Source: Mobula hypostoma (taxonomy: Eukaryota). From it: a stretch of DNA of 64,000 nt. Shown here piece by piece: positions 10,714-24,680 of the stretch. The DNA lies in assembly GCF_963921235.1 (NCBI RefSeq), contig NC_086097.1, forward strand, positions 22,694,001 to 22,758,000, in the 5' to 3' direction. Made by a program: the position numbers and the translations under genes. The notes beneath the pieces are model-generated. The model searched no databases and was not told where the DNA came from. It saw only the letters and a program-made list of their open reading frames with translations. Position 1 is the stretch's first letter. The number at the start of each line of letters is the position of its first letter.

Positions 10714-11937
10714 TAGTAATTTTATGTATTGGGCTGTATTGCTGCTGCAAAGAAAACAAATTTCATGATGATAAACCTGATAAACCTGATTTTGGTATGT
10801 GTCTCTGTTATGGACTGAGAGTAGGAAGGGGGCAAGGAGAAGGGAATTATGGTTGGGATAAAAGGAAGGGAGAGGGGAGGGAGTATGAAGACATTATGTG
10901 GAATTTAGTGACCTTGCCTGGTGTCTCAGGGCTGGGTGTGTCTGTACCTACACCACCCCCTTCCCCCGCCCCTGGCATTCCTTCTCTGCCGTCTGTCCCA
11001 TACCCTTCCCGCAGCGCGCCATCCTCGCCTTCTCAATGTCCTTTGGTCCTGCCAGATTTACAGACTCACTCTGTGCTCCACGTTGACAAATACAATACTG
11101 TGAGAAATTCTTAAGCACCCTAGCTATATACAGTATATATATATATACACACCTAAAACAATTGCATGGAGCTGCACACGCAGTATGTGTGTGTGTGCGT
11201 GTGTTTTAGTACAAACGTATGCATCAATTAACTGAGCAGTCAAACTAGGCAAATGCTGAAGCAGTTGTTTGTTTTAGAGCTTCTGAATCGAACTGTCAAT
11301 CAAGTTGAGCTTCAGATATTACTTCCTAGTCCGATTCAACTATTTTCATCGCTTCCAGACAACAAGGAGGAAAAGTACTGCTGTTATAGCTGAGAGACAA
11401 GCTAGCAGGACCCCAGTGGGAACAGGCATTACTGTTAACAGCACTAACTCTTAGTCAATAGTGGTAAACCAGCCTTTATCGCCTGGGGACACAGTGAAAT
11501 AGTTTTGTCCTGATGGGTTTGTCTCAGAGCAATCTAGTTAACTCTTTTTTGATGTGGGCACCTATACTGCAGGTAGAGTTTTGTGCTGATTTCCAATTAA
11601 ACCTCAGAGAAATGGTGTTCAGGCTGTGTAATCCCCACAGGACTTCCAGTGGGATTTAGCACTGGTTTTGCATTGCTGACACATATCAAGTAAATACACA
11701 CATACCTCCCAACATGGGGAAATCTTCTAAGTTACAAGCAAAATAATGTGAGACTGAACTTGGATAAAAGTATTGGTATATATTTTCAACAAGAAGAAAG
11801 AGATTGTTTCACCTAGGTGTTTCAAGTCTTCTGAAAAATAGAAGTGGAAGCATTCTGATCCAGCAACTAATTTGTAAATGGCAGCCTCCCACATGAACGT
11901 GTTGATCCAGATAGCTACGTCAGTGATACTAATTGAA

Positions 11938-12335
11938 GAGACAAAGCAACACACACAAAATGCTGGAGGAACTCAGTAGGTCGGGCAGCGTCTGGGGAAA
12001 TAAATAAAGTCGACTTTTGGGGCCGAAACCCTTCACCGGGACTGGAAAGGAGGGTGGAAGAAGAAGGTGGGAGGTGAGGAAAGAGTACAGGCCTAGCAGG
12101 TGGTAGATGAGAGCAGGCGGGTGTGGGGAGTACATGAAGTAAGAATGGAAGTGGAAGGAGGAAAAGGCTGAAGAAGAAGAAATCAGACAGGAGAGGAGAG
12201 TGACCATGGGGGAAAGACACCAGCGGGAGGTATTGGACAGGTGAGGTAAGAGGGGCGCCAGAATGGGAAATGGGAAAAGAAAGAAAGGGGAAGAGGAAGG
12301 AATTAATAGAATTCGGAGAAGTTGATATTCATGCA
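11938..12335 (-). mobile_element. Neptune-like PLE 3' fragment
   Basis: Same terminal motif CACACAAAATGCTGGAGGAACTCAG; decayed hammerhead near 12008-12045; purine-rich tract on the plus strand. Confidence 0.75.
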
Positions 12336-12565
12336 GTCTTCTTTATTCTGCTAGCATACTGCAAGCCTTTCTGACCCCCCTATCTCCTTATGTTGCCACT
12401 TTTAGGGATCTTTAGATTTGTACTTCAAGGTCTCCCTATTCCTAAATACTGTTAGGGCCCTTCGTTCAATGTGTATATCCTCTGTTGTGTCATTCAAATG
12501 GCAACTACTGTTTGTGTGGCCGCAAGAAACTGCAGAGAGATTTGGACACAGTGCAGTACATCATA

Positions 12566-13920
12566 TTGGTGTTAAGGATACTATCAGAATGAGCTATTCA
12601 AGTGCAAAAAGATGTGTTTGTTTGTTTTATCGACTACACAAAAGCATTTGATAAAGTTGAAGCACAATAAGTTGTTTGAAATATGACAGAAGACTCTAGA
12701 TCTAGATTCGAAAGACCTCCGCCTAATCAGAAATCTGTACTGGGAACAAACTGCTGCTGTAAGAATAGATGGAGAAATGATTCTGTTTACGAAAATCAAG
12801 AGAGGCATTAGACAAGAGTGTGTTTTGTCCCCTGATTTATTTAACGTGTACAGTGAAATAATATTACAAAAAATAAGAGACATCTTGGGAATCAAAGTTG
12901 GCGGTGAAAACATCACTAATTTCAGATATGCAGATAACACTGTGTTAATTGCAAGTACGGAGGAAGAACTACAAAACTTAATTGATATAGTTGCTGAAGA
13001 AAGTGCAAAAATGGGTCTATCAGTTGCAAAAAGACAATGTATGGTGATGTCCAAAAAGAAGGAGAATCCTATCTGCAGGTGAGAATAAACGGGGAAGACA
13101 TAAAACAAGAACAGAACTTTTGTTACTTAGGAAGCTGGGTGACATCAGATGGCAGGTGCAACTTGGACATCAAAAGAAGAAAAGGGATGGCAAAAGACAC
13201 CTTCATGAGAATGAAGAGTATACTGACCAATACTAAACTAGGCATGACAACCTGTCTCAGAGTACTGAAATGTTACGTTTATCCAGTTATGTTATATGGC
13301 TCAGAATATTGGACAATATCTTGTAACATGAGGAAACAAATTGAAGCAGCAGAGATGTGGTTTTTGAGGAGGATGCAAAGAATGAAATGAATACCTAACG
13401 AGGACGTCATGAACAGAGCAGACACAAAAAGAGAAATAATGTATGAGATCATGAAAAGGCAACGTAACTTCATTGGACATGTGATTAGGAAAGAGAAGTT
13501 AGAATGTACGGTAATTCATAGTTATAGTCATACCTTATTGATCCCGGGGGAAATTGGTTTTCGTTACAGTTGCACCATAAATAATTAAATAGTAATAAAA
13601 CCATAAATAGTTAAATAGTAATATGTAAATTACGCCAGGAAATAAGTCCAGGACCAGCCTATTGGCTCAGGGTGTCTGACCCTCCAAGGGAGTAGTTGTA
13701 AAGTTTGATGGCCACAGGCAGGAATGACCTGTGTTGCAATTATGGGAAAGGTTGAAGGGAAGAAAGCAAGAGGAAGTCAAAGACAAATGATGATGGAGAC
13801 AGCAGCCAGAGAACTGGAAATGAATACCAATGAACTAATCCACTTGACCTGAAACATTAGTGTGTGGGCCATGGCAGTCAAAGCTCAAACTGGGCACGGC
13901 ACCTGATGATGATGATGATG
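12566..13920 (+). mobile_element. 5'-truncated RTE-clade LINE, family 1
   Basis: ORFs 12777-13082 (GIRQECVLSPDLFN...RYADNTVL) and 13037-13390; (GAT)n tail; TSD CAGTACATCATA (12554-12565 and 13921-13932). Confidence 0.92.
13517..13737 (-). mobile_element. Rex1 3' tail inserted in the RTE
   Basis: Nearly identical to 15225-15460; AATT repeated on both flanks; the RTE sequence resumes after it. Confidence 0.88.
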
Positions 13921-14317
13921 CAGTACATCATAAGAACCAGCCATCCCTCTATGGACTCTGCCAATAATTCTTGCTGCCTCAGTAAATCAGTCAGCATAAT
14001 CCCTAATGATTCTGGCCAGACATTCTTTCTTCTCCCCTCTCCTGTTGGGCAGAAAGTGAATAAGCCTGAAAGCTTGTACTACCAGGTACAGTGGTCTATC
14101 CTGTTGTTAACACTAAGTGGGCCTTTTGTATGATACGGTGAACTCTTGGCCTCACAATCATTATGAGTTTGCACTTTGTTGTTTACCTATACTGCACTGT
14201 TTTTAGTAGCTTTTACACTTATGTTTACATTATTATGATTTTACCTTATTCTAGTTCAATACACTGTGTAATAATTTGATCTGTGTGAACAGTATGCAAG
14301 ATAAGGTTTCCACAGTA

Positions 14318-15222
14318 TCATAAGACCATAAGATATAGGAGCAGAATTAGGCCTATCGAGTCTGTTCTACCATTTCATCATGGCGGATCTGTTTTTCCTC
14401 TCAGCCCCACTCTTCCGCCTTCTCCTCATATCCCTTCATGCCCTGACCAATCAAGAATCTATCAATCTCTGCCTTAAATATATTTAAAGACTTGGCCTCC
14501 ACAGCTGCCTGTGGCAAAGAATTCCCCAGGTTCACTACCCTCTGGCTAAAGAAATTCCTCTTCGTCTCTATTCTAAAAGGATGTCCCTATATTCTGAGGC
14601 TGTGTCCTCTGGTCTTAGATTCTCTCACCATAGGAAACATCCTCTCCATATCCACTCTATCAAGGCCTTCCACCATTTGATAGGTTTCAATGAGGTCACC
14701 CCTCATTCTTCTGAATTCCAGTGAATACAAGCCCGGAGCAATCAGATGCTCTTCATATGACAAGCCATTCAATCCTGGAGTCATGTTCATGAACCTCTCT
14801 GAACCCTGTCCAGTTTTAGCTCATCCTTTCTAAAATAAGGTGCCCAGACCTGCTCACAATACTCCAAGTGAGGCCTCACCAGTGCTTTATAAAAATTCAA
14901 CGTTACATCCTTGCTTTTATATTCTAGTCCTCTTGAAATGAATGCTAACATTGCATTTGCCTTCCTCACCACAGAATCAGCCTGCAAATTTAACTTCTAG
15001 GGAATCGTGTACAAGTACTCCCAAGTTCCTTTGCACCTCAGTTTTTGTATTTTCTCTCCATTTAGAAACTAGTAAACCCTTTCATTTCTTCTACCAAAGT
15101 GCATGACCATACACTTCCTGACACTGTATTCCATCTGCCATTTCTATGCCCATTCTCCTAATCTGTCTAAGTCCTTCTGTAGCTTCTACTTCCTCAAAAC
15201 TAACTGCCCCTCCACCTATCTT
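14318..15222 (-). mobile_element. CR1 LINE 3' fragment
   Basis: ORFs 14787-14987 and 14587-14790(-) (ANAMLAFISRGLEYKSKDV; EFRRMRGDLIETY); CATAAGAC tail. Confidence 0.92.
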
Positions 15223-16474
15223 ATAATCATAGTCATACTTTATTGATCCCGGGGGGAAATTGGTTTTTGTTACAGTTGCACCATAAATAATTAAATAGTA
15301 ATAAAACCATAAATAGTTAAATAGTAATATGTAAATTATGCCAGGAAATAAGTCCAGGACCAGCCTATTGGCTCAGGGTGTCTGACCCTCCAAGGGAGGA
15401 GTTGTAAAGTTTGATGGCCACAGGCAGGAATGACTTCCTATGACGCTCTGTGTTGCATCTCGGTGGAATGAGTCTCTGGCTGAATGTACTCCTGTGCCCA
15501 ACCAGTACATTATGTAGTGGATGGGAGACATTGTCCAAGATGGCATGCAACTTGGACAGCATCCTCTTTTCATTCAGACACCACCGTCAGAGAGTCCAGT
15601 TCCATCCCCACAACATCACTGGCTTTACAAATGAGTTTGTTGATTTTGTTGGTGTCTGCTTCCCCAGCGCACAACACCAAACATGATTGCACTGGCCACC
15701 ACAGACTTGTAGAACATCCTCAGCATCGTCTGGCAGATGTTAAAGGACCTCAGTCTCCTCAGGAAATAGAGACGGCTCTGACCCTTCTTGTAGACAGCCT
15801 CAGTGTTCTTTGACCAGTCCAGTTTATTGTCAATTCGTATCCCCAGGTATTTGTAATCCTCCACCATGTCCACACTGACCCCCCGGATGGAAACAGGGGT
15901 CACCAGTACCTTAGCTCTCCTCAGGTCTACCACCAGCTTCTCAGTCTTTTTCACATTAAGTTGCAGGTAATTTTGCTCACACCATGTGACAAAGTTTCCT
16001 ACCGTAGCCCTGTACTCATCCTCATCTCCCTTGCTGATGCATCCAACTATGGCAGAGTCATCCAAAAACTTCTGAAGATGACAGGACTCTGTGCAGTAGT
16101 TGAAGTCCGAGGTGTAAATGGTGAAGAGAAAGAGAGACAAGACAGTCCCCTGTGGAGCCCCAGTGCTGCTGATCACTCTGTTGGACACACAGTGTCGCAA
16201 GTACACGTACTGTGGTCTGCCAGTCAGGTAATCAAGAATCCATGATATCAGGAAAGCATCCACCTGCATCGCTGTCAGCTTCTCCCCCAGCAGAGCAGGG
16301 TGGATGGTGTTGAACACACTGGAGAAGTCAAAAAACATGACCCTCACAGTGCTCGCTGGCTTGCCCAGGTGGGCGTAGACACGGTTCAGCAGGTAGATGA
16401 TGGCATCCTCAACTCCTAGTCGGGGCTGGTAGGCGAACTGGAGGGGGTCTAAGTGTGGCCTGACCATAGGCCGC
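15223..16474 (-). mobile_element. Young Rex1/Babar LINE, 5'-truncated, RT largely open
   Basis: ORF 15625-16506(-), 293 aa: LDPLQFAYQP...FFDFSSVFNTI...GAPQGTVLS...QKFLDDSAIVG; (GACTAT)n tail. Confidence 0.95.
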
Positions 16475-16517
16475 CATCTTCTCCTCTTAAATAGTTTGTA
16501 CGACAATATAACATAGA

Positions 16518-16640
16518 AGTACGGTGACCCTGACAGGGATTAAGCACCAGATGGCTAAGCTCCAAGCAGCATCACTCTCGAGGTCTCAGGAACTCACCAG
16601 CCTCTCCACCACAACAGGGTGATGATCCTCGTAGAAGGGT
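16518..16640 (-). mobile_element. RTE 5'-UTR-like fragment
   Basis: Minus strand CACCCTGTTGTGGTGGAGAGGCT...CTCGAGAGTGATGC...CAGGGTCACC parallels the head of the 14-400 element. Confidence 0.45.
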
Positions 16641-18674
16641 ACTTCTGAGTATACCAGGTGAAGTTTCATGATTGAGAATCAAATCTCTTTGAAAGCCAAA
16701 TTGTGCCATGGAAGTGTATTACAGTTCAAGGAGTAGAGTTTGGAATTCAATTCCGGTGCCACCTGTAAGGAGTTTGTATGTGCTCCCTGTCACTGCGTGG
16801 GTTTCCTCTGGTGTTCTGGTTTGTTTTTACAGACCAAAGTCTTACCGGTTAGAAGGATAATTGGTCATTTGTAAGTTATCCTGTAATTAGGTCACCATTA
16901 AATAGGTGGGTTACTGGGTTACTGGGTGACATGGCTCATTGGGCTGGAAGAGTCTGTTCTATGCTCTATCTCTAAATTTAAAAAAAGCTTCATGGTGCAG
17001 TAATGTAATTCTCAGCAGACACCGTAGTACATTTGGCTTTCATTTTAATTATTTCAATACTTGTATTGAGCTTAAATTCATTAAATTATACAAATTCAAA
17101 AAAAAATTACATTGGTACCTTTCACAAACAATATGTATCAAAACATAGGGTGTGATGAACCAGCACTGATGTGCGTGTGCAGTTGTTTCCCAAGTGAAGA
17201 CACTTCTAATATATTTGACTTGAAAAGGGAAAAATTGTGCAACTAACATTCATATACTGCCTTTAAAATGGTAATGCATCCAAAATACTTCCCAGCAGTG
17301 TTGTCAGACAAAATAAACAGTAAAAGAATGGAGAGTTTTGGATAGAAGAGATAAAAAGCTGGTCAAAGAGAACTTGTAGTTGTTCCATCACAGTTTAGTC
17401 ATATCCTTGAGAATGTGTCAACAAATTACTTTGGTTCTCTGCATAACATCATAGAAAGTGACAAATTTTCATCTTGTGCAGATAATTGGTAGTCTTTTGC
17501 ACTCTTTAGAAGTAGATTTTGCTTTGTGGTGCCTTAGTAATGCTGCCAAAGTAATCACAATGGGAAAAAGCTCCAGTTATAGTTTCTGCTCTGTCAGAAC
17601 ATCATACACTGTTCGCCAGGATTGCTGAGAAATGCCACCAGAGAATGGCGGACATTTTTGAATTATGAGAATACTTTGACCTCTCTGTCTTTGGCCTCTT
17701 ACGCTCTTCCATCAAAGCCCAGTGTATGATGAAGGATCAGGATCCCGTCTATACCTAGGCAAGTTACAGCTTTTGGGACAAAATATTGAATAACATTGTC
17801 TTGTCTGATCAGTTATAATTTAGGGTCATCCAGGTCTGTTGGGTACTTCAAGCATTTTTTTTGTTTCCAGGAATGGCTGTGTTCCACATCGAACAAATTC
17901 CAGCATGGACTTTCACTGATATACTCTTACTAATGTTATTCATCAAGTAAATTACTGAAAATTCTTTGTGTCACCTCTCTGATCTTAGTCTCTACTCTGT
18001 CACAGACATTCTCTTGAATCTTTTCATCCTTCTCCCTCTCTGCAATTTGAAACACACTTTGTTGCCTCCTACTTTCCCAATATTAAACAGGCTGGCTTGT
18101 TAACATAGCTGTTAGTGCGACGCTTTACTGCGCTAATGATCACCGATCGGGATTTAATTCCTGCCGCGGTCCGTAAGGAGTTTGTACGTTCACCCTGTGA
18201 CCATGTGGATTTCCTCTCTGTGCCCTGGCTTCCACCCACGTTCCAAAATAACCCACACAAAATGCTGGAGGAGCTCAGCAGCGCAGCCAGCTTCTATGGG
18301 AACGAATAAACAGTCGACGTTTCAGACTGAGACCCTACCTTTCCAGTTCGGAAACCTTGGCTGTTCGTTCATTTCCACAGATGCTGCCATGTGTGTTTCT
18401 TTGGATTTCCAGCACATCGGGCCGGAGGTCGAAAGGCCATGGGTCGGCAGCTGAATGCTGCAGGTTGGCAGTTGCTCCTCACGGAAGGACTGTGTTCGAA
18501 ATGTCACTCTCCTTGATGCTGACAGAGAATGTTTTCAGAGTTCCGAGACGTATGTGATTAGTGGCGTGGACTGTAGTTTATGCTGGTCTCCTTCAGTTTT
18601 TCTGTGTTTTCGATTGGCAGGCGGGCGATAACAGTCCAAAGGCATATTTCAACAGCTGAGTTGATAGGTCGTGT

Positions 18675-19080
18675 TCAGTGTTGTAGTGAGTGAAGTTGTC
18701 TATGCTGAATCAGAAGGCTGATGGTTAAGGGGTAATCGCTGTTCCTGAACCCGGTGATGTGAACCCAAGGCTGCTGTACCTCCTTCCTGATGCCAGCAGT
18801 GAAAAGAGAACATGGCCTGGCTGCTGGAGGTCCTTGATGATGGATGCTGCTTTCTTGTGGCACTGCTCCTCATAGACATGCTTAATGGTGGGTAAGGTTT
18901 TTCCTGTGATAGACTGAGCTGTGTCCACTTTTTGCAGGCTCTTCCATTCTTGGGCATTGGTGTTTCCATACCAGGCCATGATGCAACCTGTCAGGATATG
19001 CTCCACTGCACAACTAGAGAAGTTTGTCAAAGTTCTTGATGACATGCTGAATCAGCACAAATTCCTAAGAATGTAGAAAT
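18675..19080 (-). mobile_element. Rex1-like 3' fragment, one of many (others near 3245-3620, 19480-19890, 23480-23725, 23950-24450, 31890-32850, 35260-35545, 42130-42290, 49150-49440, 63225-63520)
   Basis: ORF 18725-19045(-) reads LTNFSSCAVEHILTGCIMAWYGN...KAASIIKD...LLASGRRY, a Rex1 ORF C-terminus. Confidence 0.8.
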
Positions 19081-20137
19081 CAGTCTTTGCTGTTTTATGT
19101 AGCAGTACACATGGCATTTTTGGGGAAAAGTTAGAATATGATGAATTTTTGTATAAATATTGATCACTTCATTTTAAAGCTAGGATCTTAAATTTAAGTT
19201 AAGCAAGCTACCGAGGCAAGAGGCATGAGTTGGCTACAGTATTTAGGAAATTACATGAAAGTTGGTCCGTATCTCAGCCCTCATATGTCCTCAGTGAGCA
19301 GAGGACAAAGTAATAAAATTGTCAATGACACAGTAATAGGTAGAAGATCATATGGTAAGGAGGATATTTGGACCCTGCACTTGAGGAAATCTGTATTCAG
19401 AGCATTGCCCTGTTTTTTTAAAGGAAGGTACTCTCAAAAAGAGAATTCATGGAAGTATACTGTATGTTAAGATACGGAATCAACATCAGATTTATTATCA
19501 CTGGTGTGTTGTGAAATTTATTGTTTTGCAGCAGCAGTACAACGTAGTACATATAATTTGTTATAAAATACAATTATATATAGTGCAAAAGGACAACAAA
19601 AATAGTGAGATAACATTCAGAAATGTAATGGTAGACGAGAAGCAGTCATTTCTAAAACATTGAGTGTGAGCCTTCAGGCTCCTGTACCTCCTCCTGATGG
19701 TAGTAGTGAGAAGAGGACATCCAGGGTGGTGCGGGTTCTTAATGATGAATGTTGTCTTCTTGAGACATCTCCTGTTGGAGTTGTTCTTGATGCTGGGTGG
19801 CGGAAGGGGTGGGTGAAGGGGGGATACTGCCCATGGTGGAGCTGGCTGAGCTTACAAACCTCTGCAACTTTTTCCAATTGTGCACATTGGCCCTGAGCCG
19901 TAGCTCTGTTACTGATTTGTAAAGTCTTACTTTTCCTACCAGTTACAAGTAGTGCAAGATTATTGGCTACTTGCCAAGATGTGAATTGGCTGCATTTGAA
20001 TTAAATTATATTTCTTAAGTGAATAGGGTGGAAAGTGTGTGAAATCATTTAAAAAATAATCTGCTTTAAAGCGGGGTATGAATTCCTTCAGATTCATTTA
20101 TTCATCACGTGTATCGAAACATACAATGAAATGTGTT

Positions 20138-20348
20138 GCAACGCACACAAAATGCAGGAGGAACTCAGCAGGCCAGGCAGCATCGATGGAAAAGAGCAGT
20201 GTCAACATTTCAGGCAGAGACCCTTCAGCTGGACTCAGCCTGAAACGTCGACTGTACTCTCTTCCATAGATGCTGCCTGGCCTGCTGAGTTCCTCCAGCA
20301 TTTTGTGTGCGTTGCTTAGATTTCCAGCATCGCAGATTTTCTCTTGTT
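20138..20348. mobile_element. Second palindromic PLE-derived insertion
   Basis: Inverted arms at about 20138-20220 and 20235-20315 plus tail; approximate 13-bp TSD AATGAAATGTGTT / AGTGAAATGCATT; the hammerhead is broken at the centre. Confidence 0.8.
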
Positions 20349-21879
20349 AGTGAAATGCATTGTTCGTATAACAATGAAAGCAATCCAAGGATATACTGGG
20401 GGCAGCCCACAAGTATTGCCTCACATTCTGGCACCAATATAGCACGCTCACAATGTTCAGCAGAATAACACAAGCAGCAGCAACAACGGCAATGATGGAC
20501 CATGTACGCAGAGTTTTTCTTCTTGAAACTCAAATAGTAGGGAGATCATAACATCATAAGACATAGGAGCAGAATTAGGGCATTCGACTCACGGACATTG
20601 GGCCTCCGACTTCCCCAGCGGACCCGCAGAGTCACAGACCCAGAGCTGTGGCCATCTGCGCTCCGATCTTTCTGATCTGCTCATCCTTCGGTGCTTGGAA
20701 CAAACGAAAAGCATCAAACATACATGCATATCTCCTGCTTGACTTGGGATATAGAATGACAGATCACAGAAGGTATCCATTAAGAGCATCGTGTCTGTGT
20801 TAATCCTTTGAAAGAGCAACCAATTGCTCTCACTCCGCTTCTCTTTTTCCGATTGCCCTGTCTGTTTTCACTTTTCAGTATTTATCTGATTCACTTGTTT
20901 GATGTTTGACCTATTCCCACTGCCAATTTTCTGCAGCACATATGACACAACATGAGAAAACAAATAAAATCCTTATCTCACCCCCTGGCTCATTGTCTGC
21001 TTTCTCTAGAAGGAATCACGTTTAATTGTTTGTGGGCAGTTTTAGTTTTCTTTATTTATTTAGAGATATAACTTGGTACAGGACCAATTACATCCACGTG
21101 ACCCATTAACCCGTATGTCTTTGGAATGTGGGAGGAAACTGAAGCACCCGGAGGAAATCTACATGGTAACGGGAGAATGTACAAACTCCTTACAGACACT
21201 GGCAGTATTGAACCCAGATCACTAGTGTGGAAATAGCATTACACAAAATACTGCACTACGATGCGGTTTCTAATGGTTTGAAATCTTCCTTTATTGTATC
21301 TAACAATTGGTGAGGTTGGTCTTTCCACAAGAAAGAATGCTTTATAAACAGAAGAGATTCTGCAGATGCTGAAAATCGAAAGCAACGCAGGCAGATTCCG
21401 GAAGAACTCAGCAGGTCAGGCAAAATCTACGCAGTCGACATTTTGGGCCGAGACCCTTTATCAGGATTGTCCCGATGAAGAGAAAGTATACTTTGTTATT
21501 CAAGCTTGAGGTGTGGGAGTTAAGAGATTGATGGCTAGTAGATTTTATTTTCTGTCTTCATATTAAAGCTATGAATGTTGAAAAAGTCCTTTTATTTTAG
21601 AATACCTTGAGCTCAATAATAAATCGCTGTTTCTTTCAGCAGATCCAATTTTTCTTAATGTGTGCAGTGAAGGGAGAATTCCTTTGCAGGTGCAATAATG
21701 CTTATAACTATACCCTTAACTACATTTTGTCACTTTGCAATAAGTTACTATTATACTACAGCATACAGCAATTTAGTGCCATGGTAAAAATTATTTTTTT
21801 CTGTGCTGTTATGCTTAGAATAGAACATAGGAACTTGCACAGGGCCTTCGGCCCACAATGTTAAGCCGACCATGTAACC

Positions 21880-21975
21880 CAGACATCCCTCCTCTCCCGG
21901 AAGTTCCGGGAGTCTCCCGCATATTGATAGTGGCACCCTGATGCCTGCAAATTATATACAATATCCTGGAAATCG

Positions 21976-22049
<74 letters not shown>

Positions 22050-22652
22050 AAGAAAGAAAAGGAGCATCCTGATTGGTCTCTCTTTGTGCTAAGTAGACCT
22101 ATCAGTTTTCTCTGTGGGTGGGCATTACAGTCAATCTCTCTCTCTCTTGCATTGTCCATCAGTTCAGTTTAGTGTCCTGCAGCACCGTGGCAGAGTGTTC
22201 CAAAAAAAGAAAATATAAAACATACTTCACCCCAGGCTACACTAAAGTGTACCTCTGCCTAATAGGGGTCAAAATATTGACAGTGTTGCTCGCTACACTG
22301 TTTGCAACAGTGACTTTTCTATTGCCCATGGTGGGTTAAATGACTGTAAAAGACATGTTGAGGTGAGTCCTGGATTATGTCTCAACTAACCTTGAAGGAC
22401 TGGTGCCAAACTACAAAAGTTTGCCAGTTGATGAAGCTGCTTTTGGTGCTGCCAAATTCTAATTGTGATGTAGAAAGGGCATTCAGCATGGTGCATCACA
22501 TTAAGACAGAATTCAGAAGTCATCTGTCTCAGAAAACACTTGTGAATCTGATGTCTTGCAAAATTAACAAATTCATTGACACAGACTGCTATGAGGTTGA
22601 GACTTCTGGTTGAGACCTCCCTGAAATAAGTTTTTGCAGGGTGTGATGTCTG
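21880..22652 (+). mobile_element. Internally deleted hAT DNA transposon with 6-bp TSD
   Basis: TIR CAGACATCCC / GTGATGTCTG; TSD GTAACC. BED-finger remnant TVCNSDFSIAHGGLNDCKRH followed by GTGAGT; ORF 22377-22613 reads LLLVLPNSNCDVERAFS...KTEFRSHLS (hAT dimerisation domain). Inserted in a CR1 tail. Confidence 0.88.
21981..22060. repeat. Compound microsatellite (TG)n(AG)n(AAAG)n
   Basis: Read directly; lies inside the hAT element. Confidence 0.97.
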
Positions 22653-23725
22653 GTAACCTACTCTAGAAACTGCCTAGAATTACCCTCCAACATATTTTGC
22701 TAGGCTCCATGTTCCTATCTAAGAGTCCCTTAAAAGACCCTATTTTATCCACCTCCACCACCGTTGCTGGCAGTGCATTCCATGCATCCACCACTCTCTG
22801 TGTGAAAAACTTGCCCCTGACATCCACTCTGTACCTACTTCCAAGCACCTTAAGTCTACACCCCTTCGTGCTAGCCATTTCAGCCCCGGGAAAAAGCCTC
22901 TGACGCTCCACACGGTCAATACCTTTCATCATCCTATACACCGCTATCAGATCACCCCTCATCCTTAGTTGTGTTTTGAGAAGGATTTAAAATTAATAAT
23001 TGCAGTCATTTATAATATTCTCTGTATTACTAGAACATACTGAAAATGATTTTAATCCAATAGTCCTGACTAAAGAGTTTAAAAAGAGAAGTGAAGGTCC
23101 AAAGAGAAGCCCGTCTGGTACATGGAGCTTAGAAAACTAAGAGGGCTGTGCGCTAGGGAAACTCTCAGCAGCTTCTCGAGTGGGCTACATGGTCAGCACA
23201 ACATCGTGGGCTGTAGGTTTCTACGTTCTACGTTCTATATTCTTGGCAAAAGTTGTCTAGAGCTCAAGGAACCAAACCAATATAAGGGAATAAAATTGCC
23301 AGCATTCATTATTATATCAACTTTGTAACAATATAGTTTATACTGTCAAATTGGCTCAGTTGTAACCCTTTCAACTCTCATTGAGTTTAGGACATGGTGA
23401 GAAAGTACTGAGTTGTCACATATTCTAATTCCGGGTGAGACATTACATAAAACAACAATGGGGAGGCTGGTATAAAAGACCCATTATCACCACTTCGAAC
23501 CTGAAGGAATCATGTCCCAGACAGCGAGGCCCTTAATGGTGGATGCCAACTGCTTTAGGCACCCCCGCCTCGTGAAGATGTCCTTGATGGTGTGGAGGGT
23601 GGTGTGTGGGACGCAGCTGGCTGAGTCTGTAACACTCTGTAGACTCTTGTTATCCTATGCATTGAAGACTCTATATCAGGCTGCGATTTCAACCAGACAG
23701 AATGTTCTCCATTATACATATATAG

Positions 23726-23800
23726 CAGGGTTTCTCAACTTGAGGTCAATACCTTGCTTAAAGGTATTGTCCATGGCATAAAAAAAGGTTGTGAACCCTA
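23726..23800. mobile_element. hAT (Charlie-type) MITE
   Basis: CAGGGTTTCTCAAC...GTTGTGAACCCTA, 8-bp TSD ATATATAG/ATGTATAG; same family as 52499-52578. Confidence 0.7.
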
Positions 23801-24569
23801 ATGTATAGAAAATTGAAAGTCCCCTCTCTTTTTCCATGGGCTTCCAAGTGTGTAAGTTACCCAGCGTGTATCACAGCTGACATGACTCAATAAAAATGTT
23901 TAATCCTATTGCACCATTGTTGTTCTTGCTCCATGTAGACTTCTGGGTAAAGCCCTTCCCACCACTGAGCACATCTACATGAAGTGTTGTCGCAGGAAAG
24001 CAGCATCTATTATCAAGGACCCCCACCATCCAAGTCAGGCTCTCTACTTGCTGCTGTCATCAGCAGGAAGGTACAGGAGCCTCCGGGCCCGAACAGTTAT
24101 TACCCTTCAACCATCAGGCTCTTAAACCAAAGGGGATAATTTCACTCAACTTCATTTGCCCCATCCTTGAAACAACCTATGGACTCACTATCAAGGACTC
24201 TTCATCTCATGTTATTGATATGTATTTATTTATTTATCTATCTATTTATTATTTATTTATTTATTTATTTTTTGTTACTTCTTTCATTTTGTATTTGCAC
24301 AGTTTGTTGTCTTTTGCACACCGGTTGAACACCCAAGTTGATGCTGCCTTTCATTGATTCTATTATGGTTATTATTCTATTATGGGTTTATTATGCCTGC
24401 AAGAAAATGAATCTCAGGGTTGTATATAGTTAAATATATTTACTTTGAACTATATCTGTATATTTTTCTCTTTTCGCCCCTTATGGGTGATGTGTCTGTG
24501 TATTTTTTTCCTCAATCTCGGGTTCTCTACAAGAGGCCTTGAGCTTGAAGGTTCAGTTCAGTATCCTTG

Positions 24570-24573
<4 letters not shown>

Positions 24574-24613
<40 letters not shown>

Positions 24614-24680
24614 CCTCCCTCCCTCTCTCTCTCTCTCTCCCTCCCTCCCTCCCTCCCTCCCTCTCTCTCTCTCTCTCTAT
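24574..24680. repeat. (CT)n/(CCCT)n pyrimidine microsatellite
   Basis: Read directly from the sequence. Confidence 0.97.

Larger units (their letters stand above)
21815..22965 (-). mobile_element. CR1 3' fragment split by the hAT insertion
   Basis: ORF 22663-22962(-) reads MRGDLIAVYRMMKGIDRV...FFTQRVVDAWN; the tail continues at 21815-21879. Confidence 0.88.

Noticed and set aside
12008..12045. Additional hammerheads at about 8378-8413, 12008-12045, 18311-18336, 21432-21468, 42720-42785 and 45797-45835
   Set aside because: Core nucleotides or stems are mutated or truncated, so they are treated as decayed copies.
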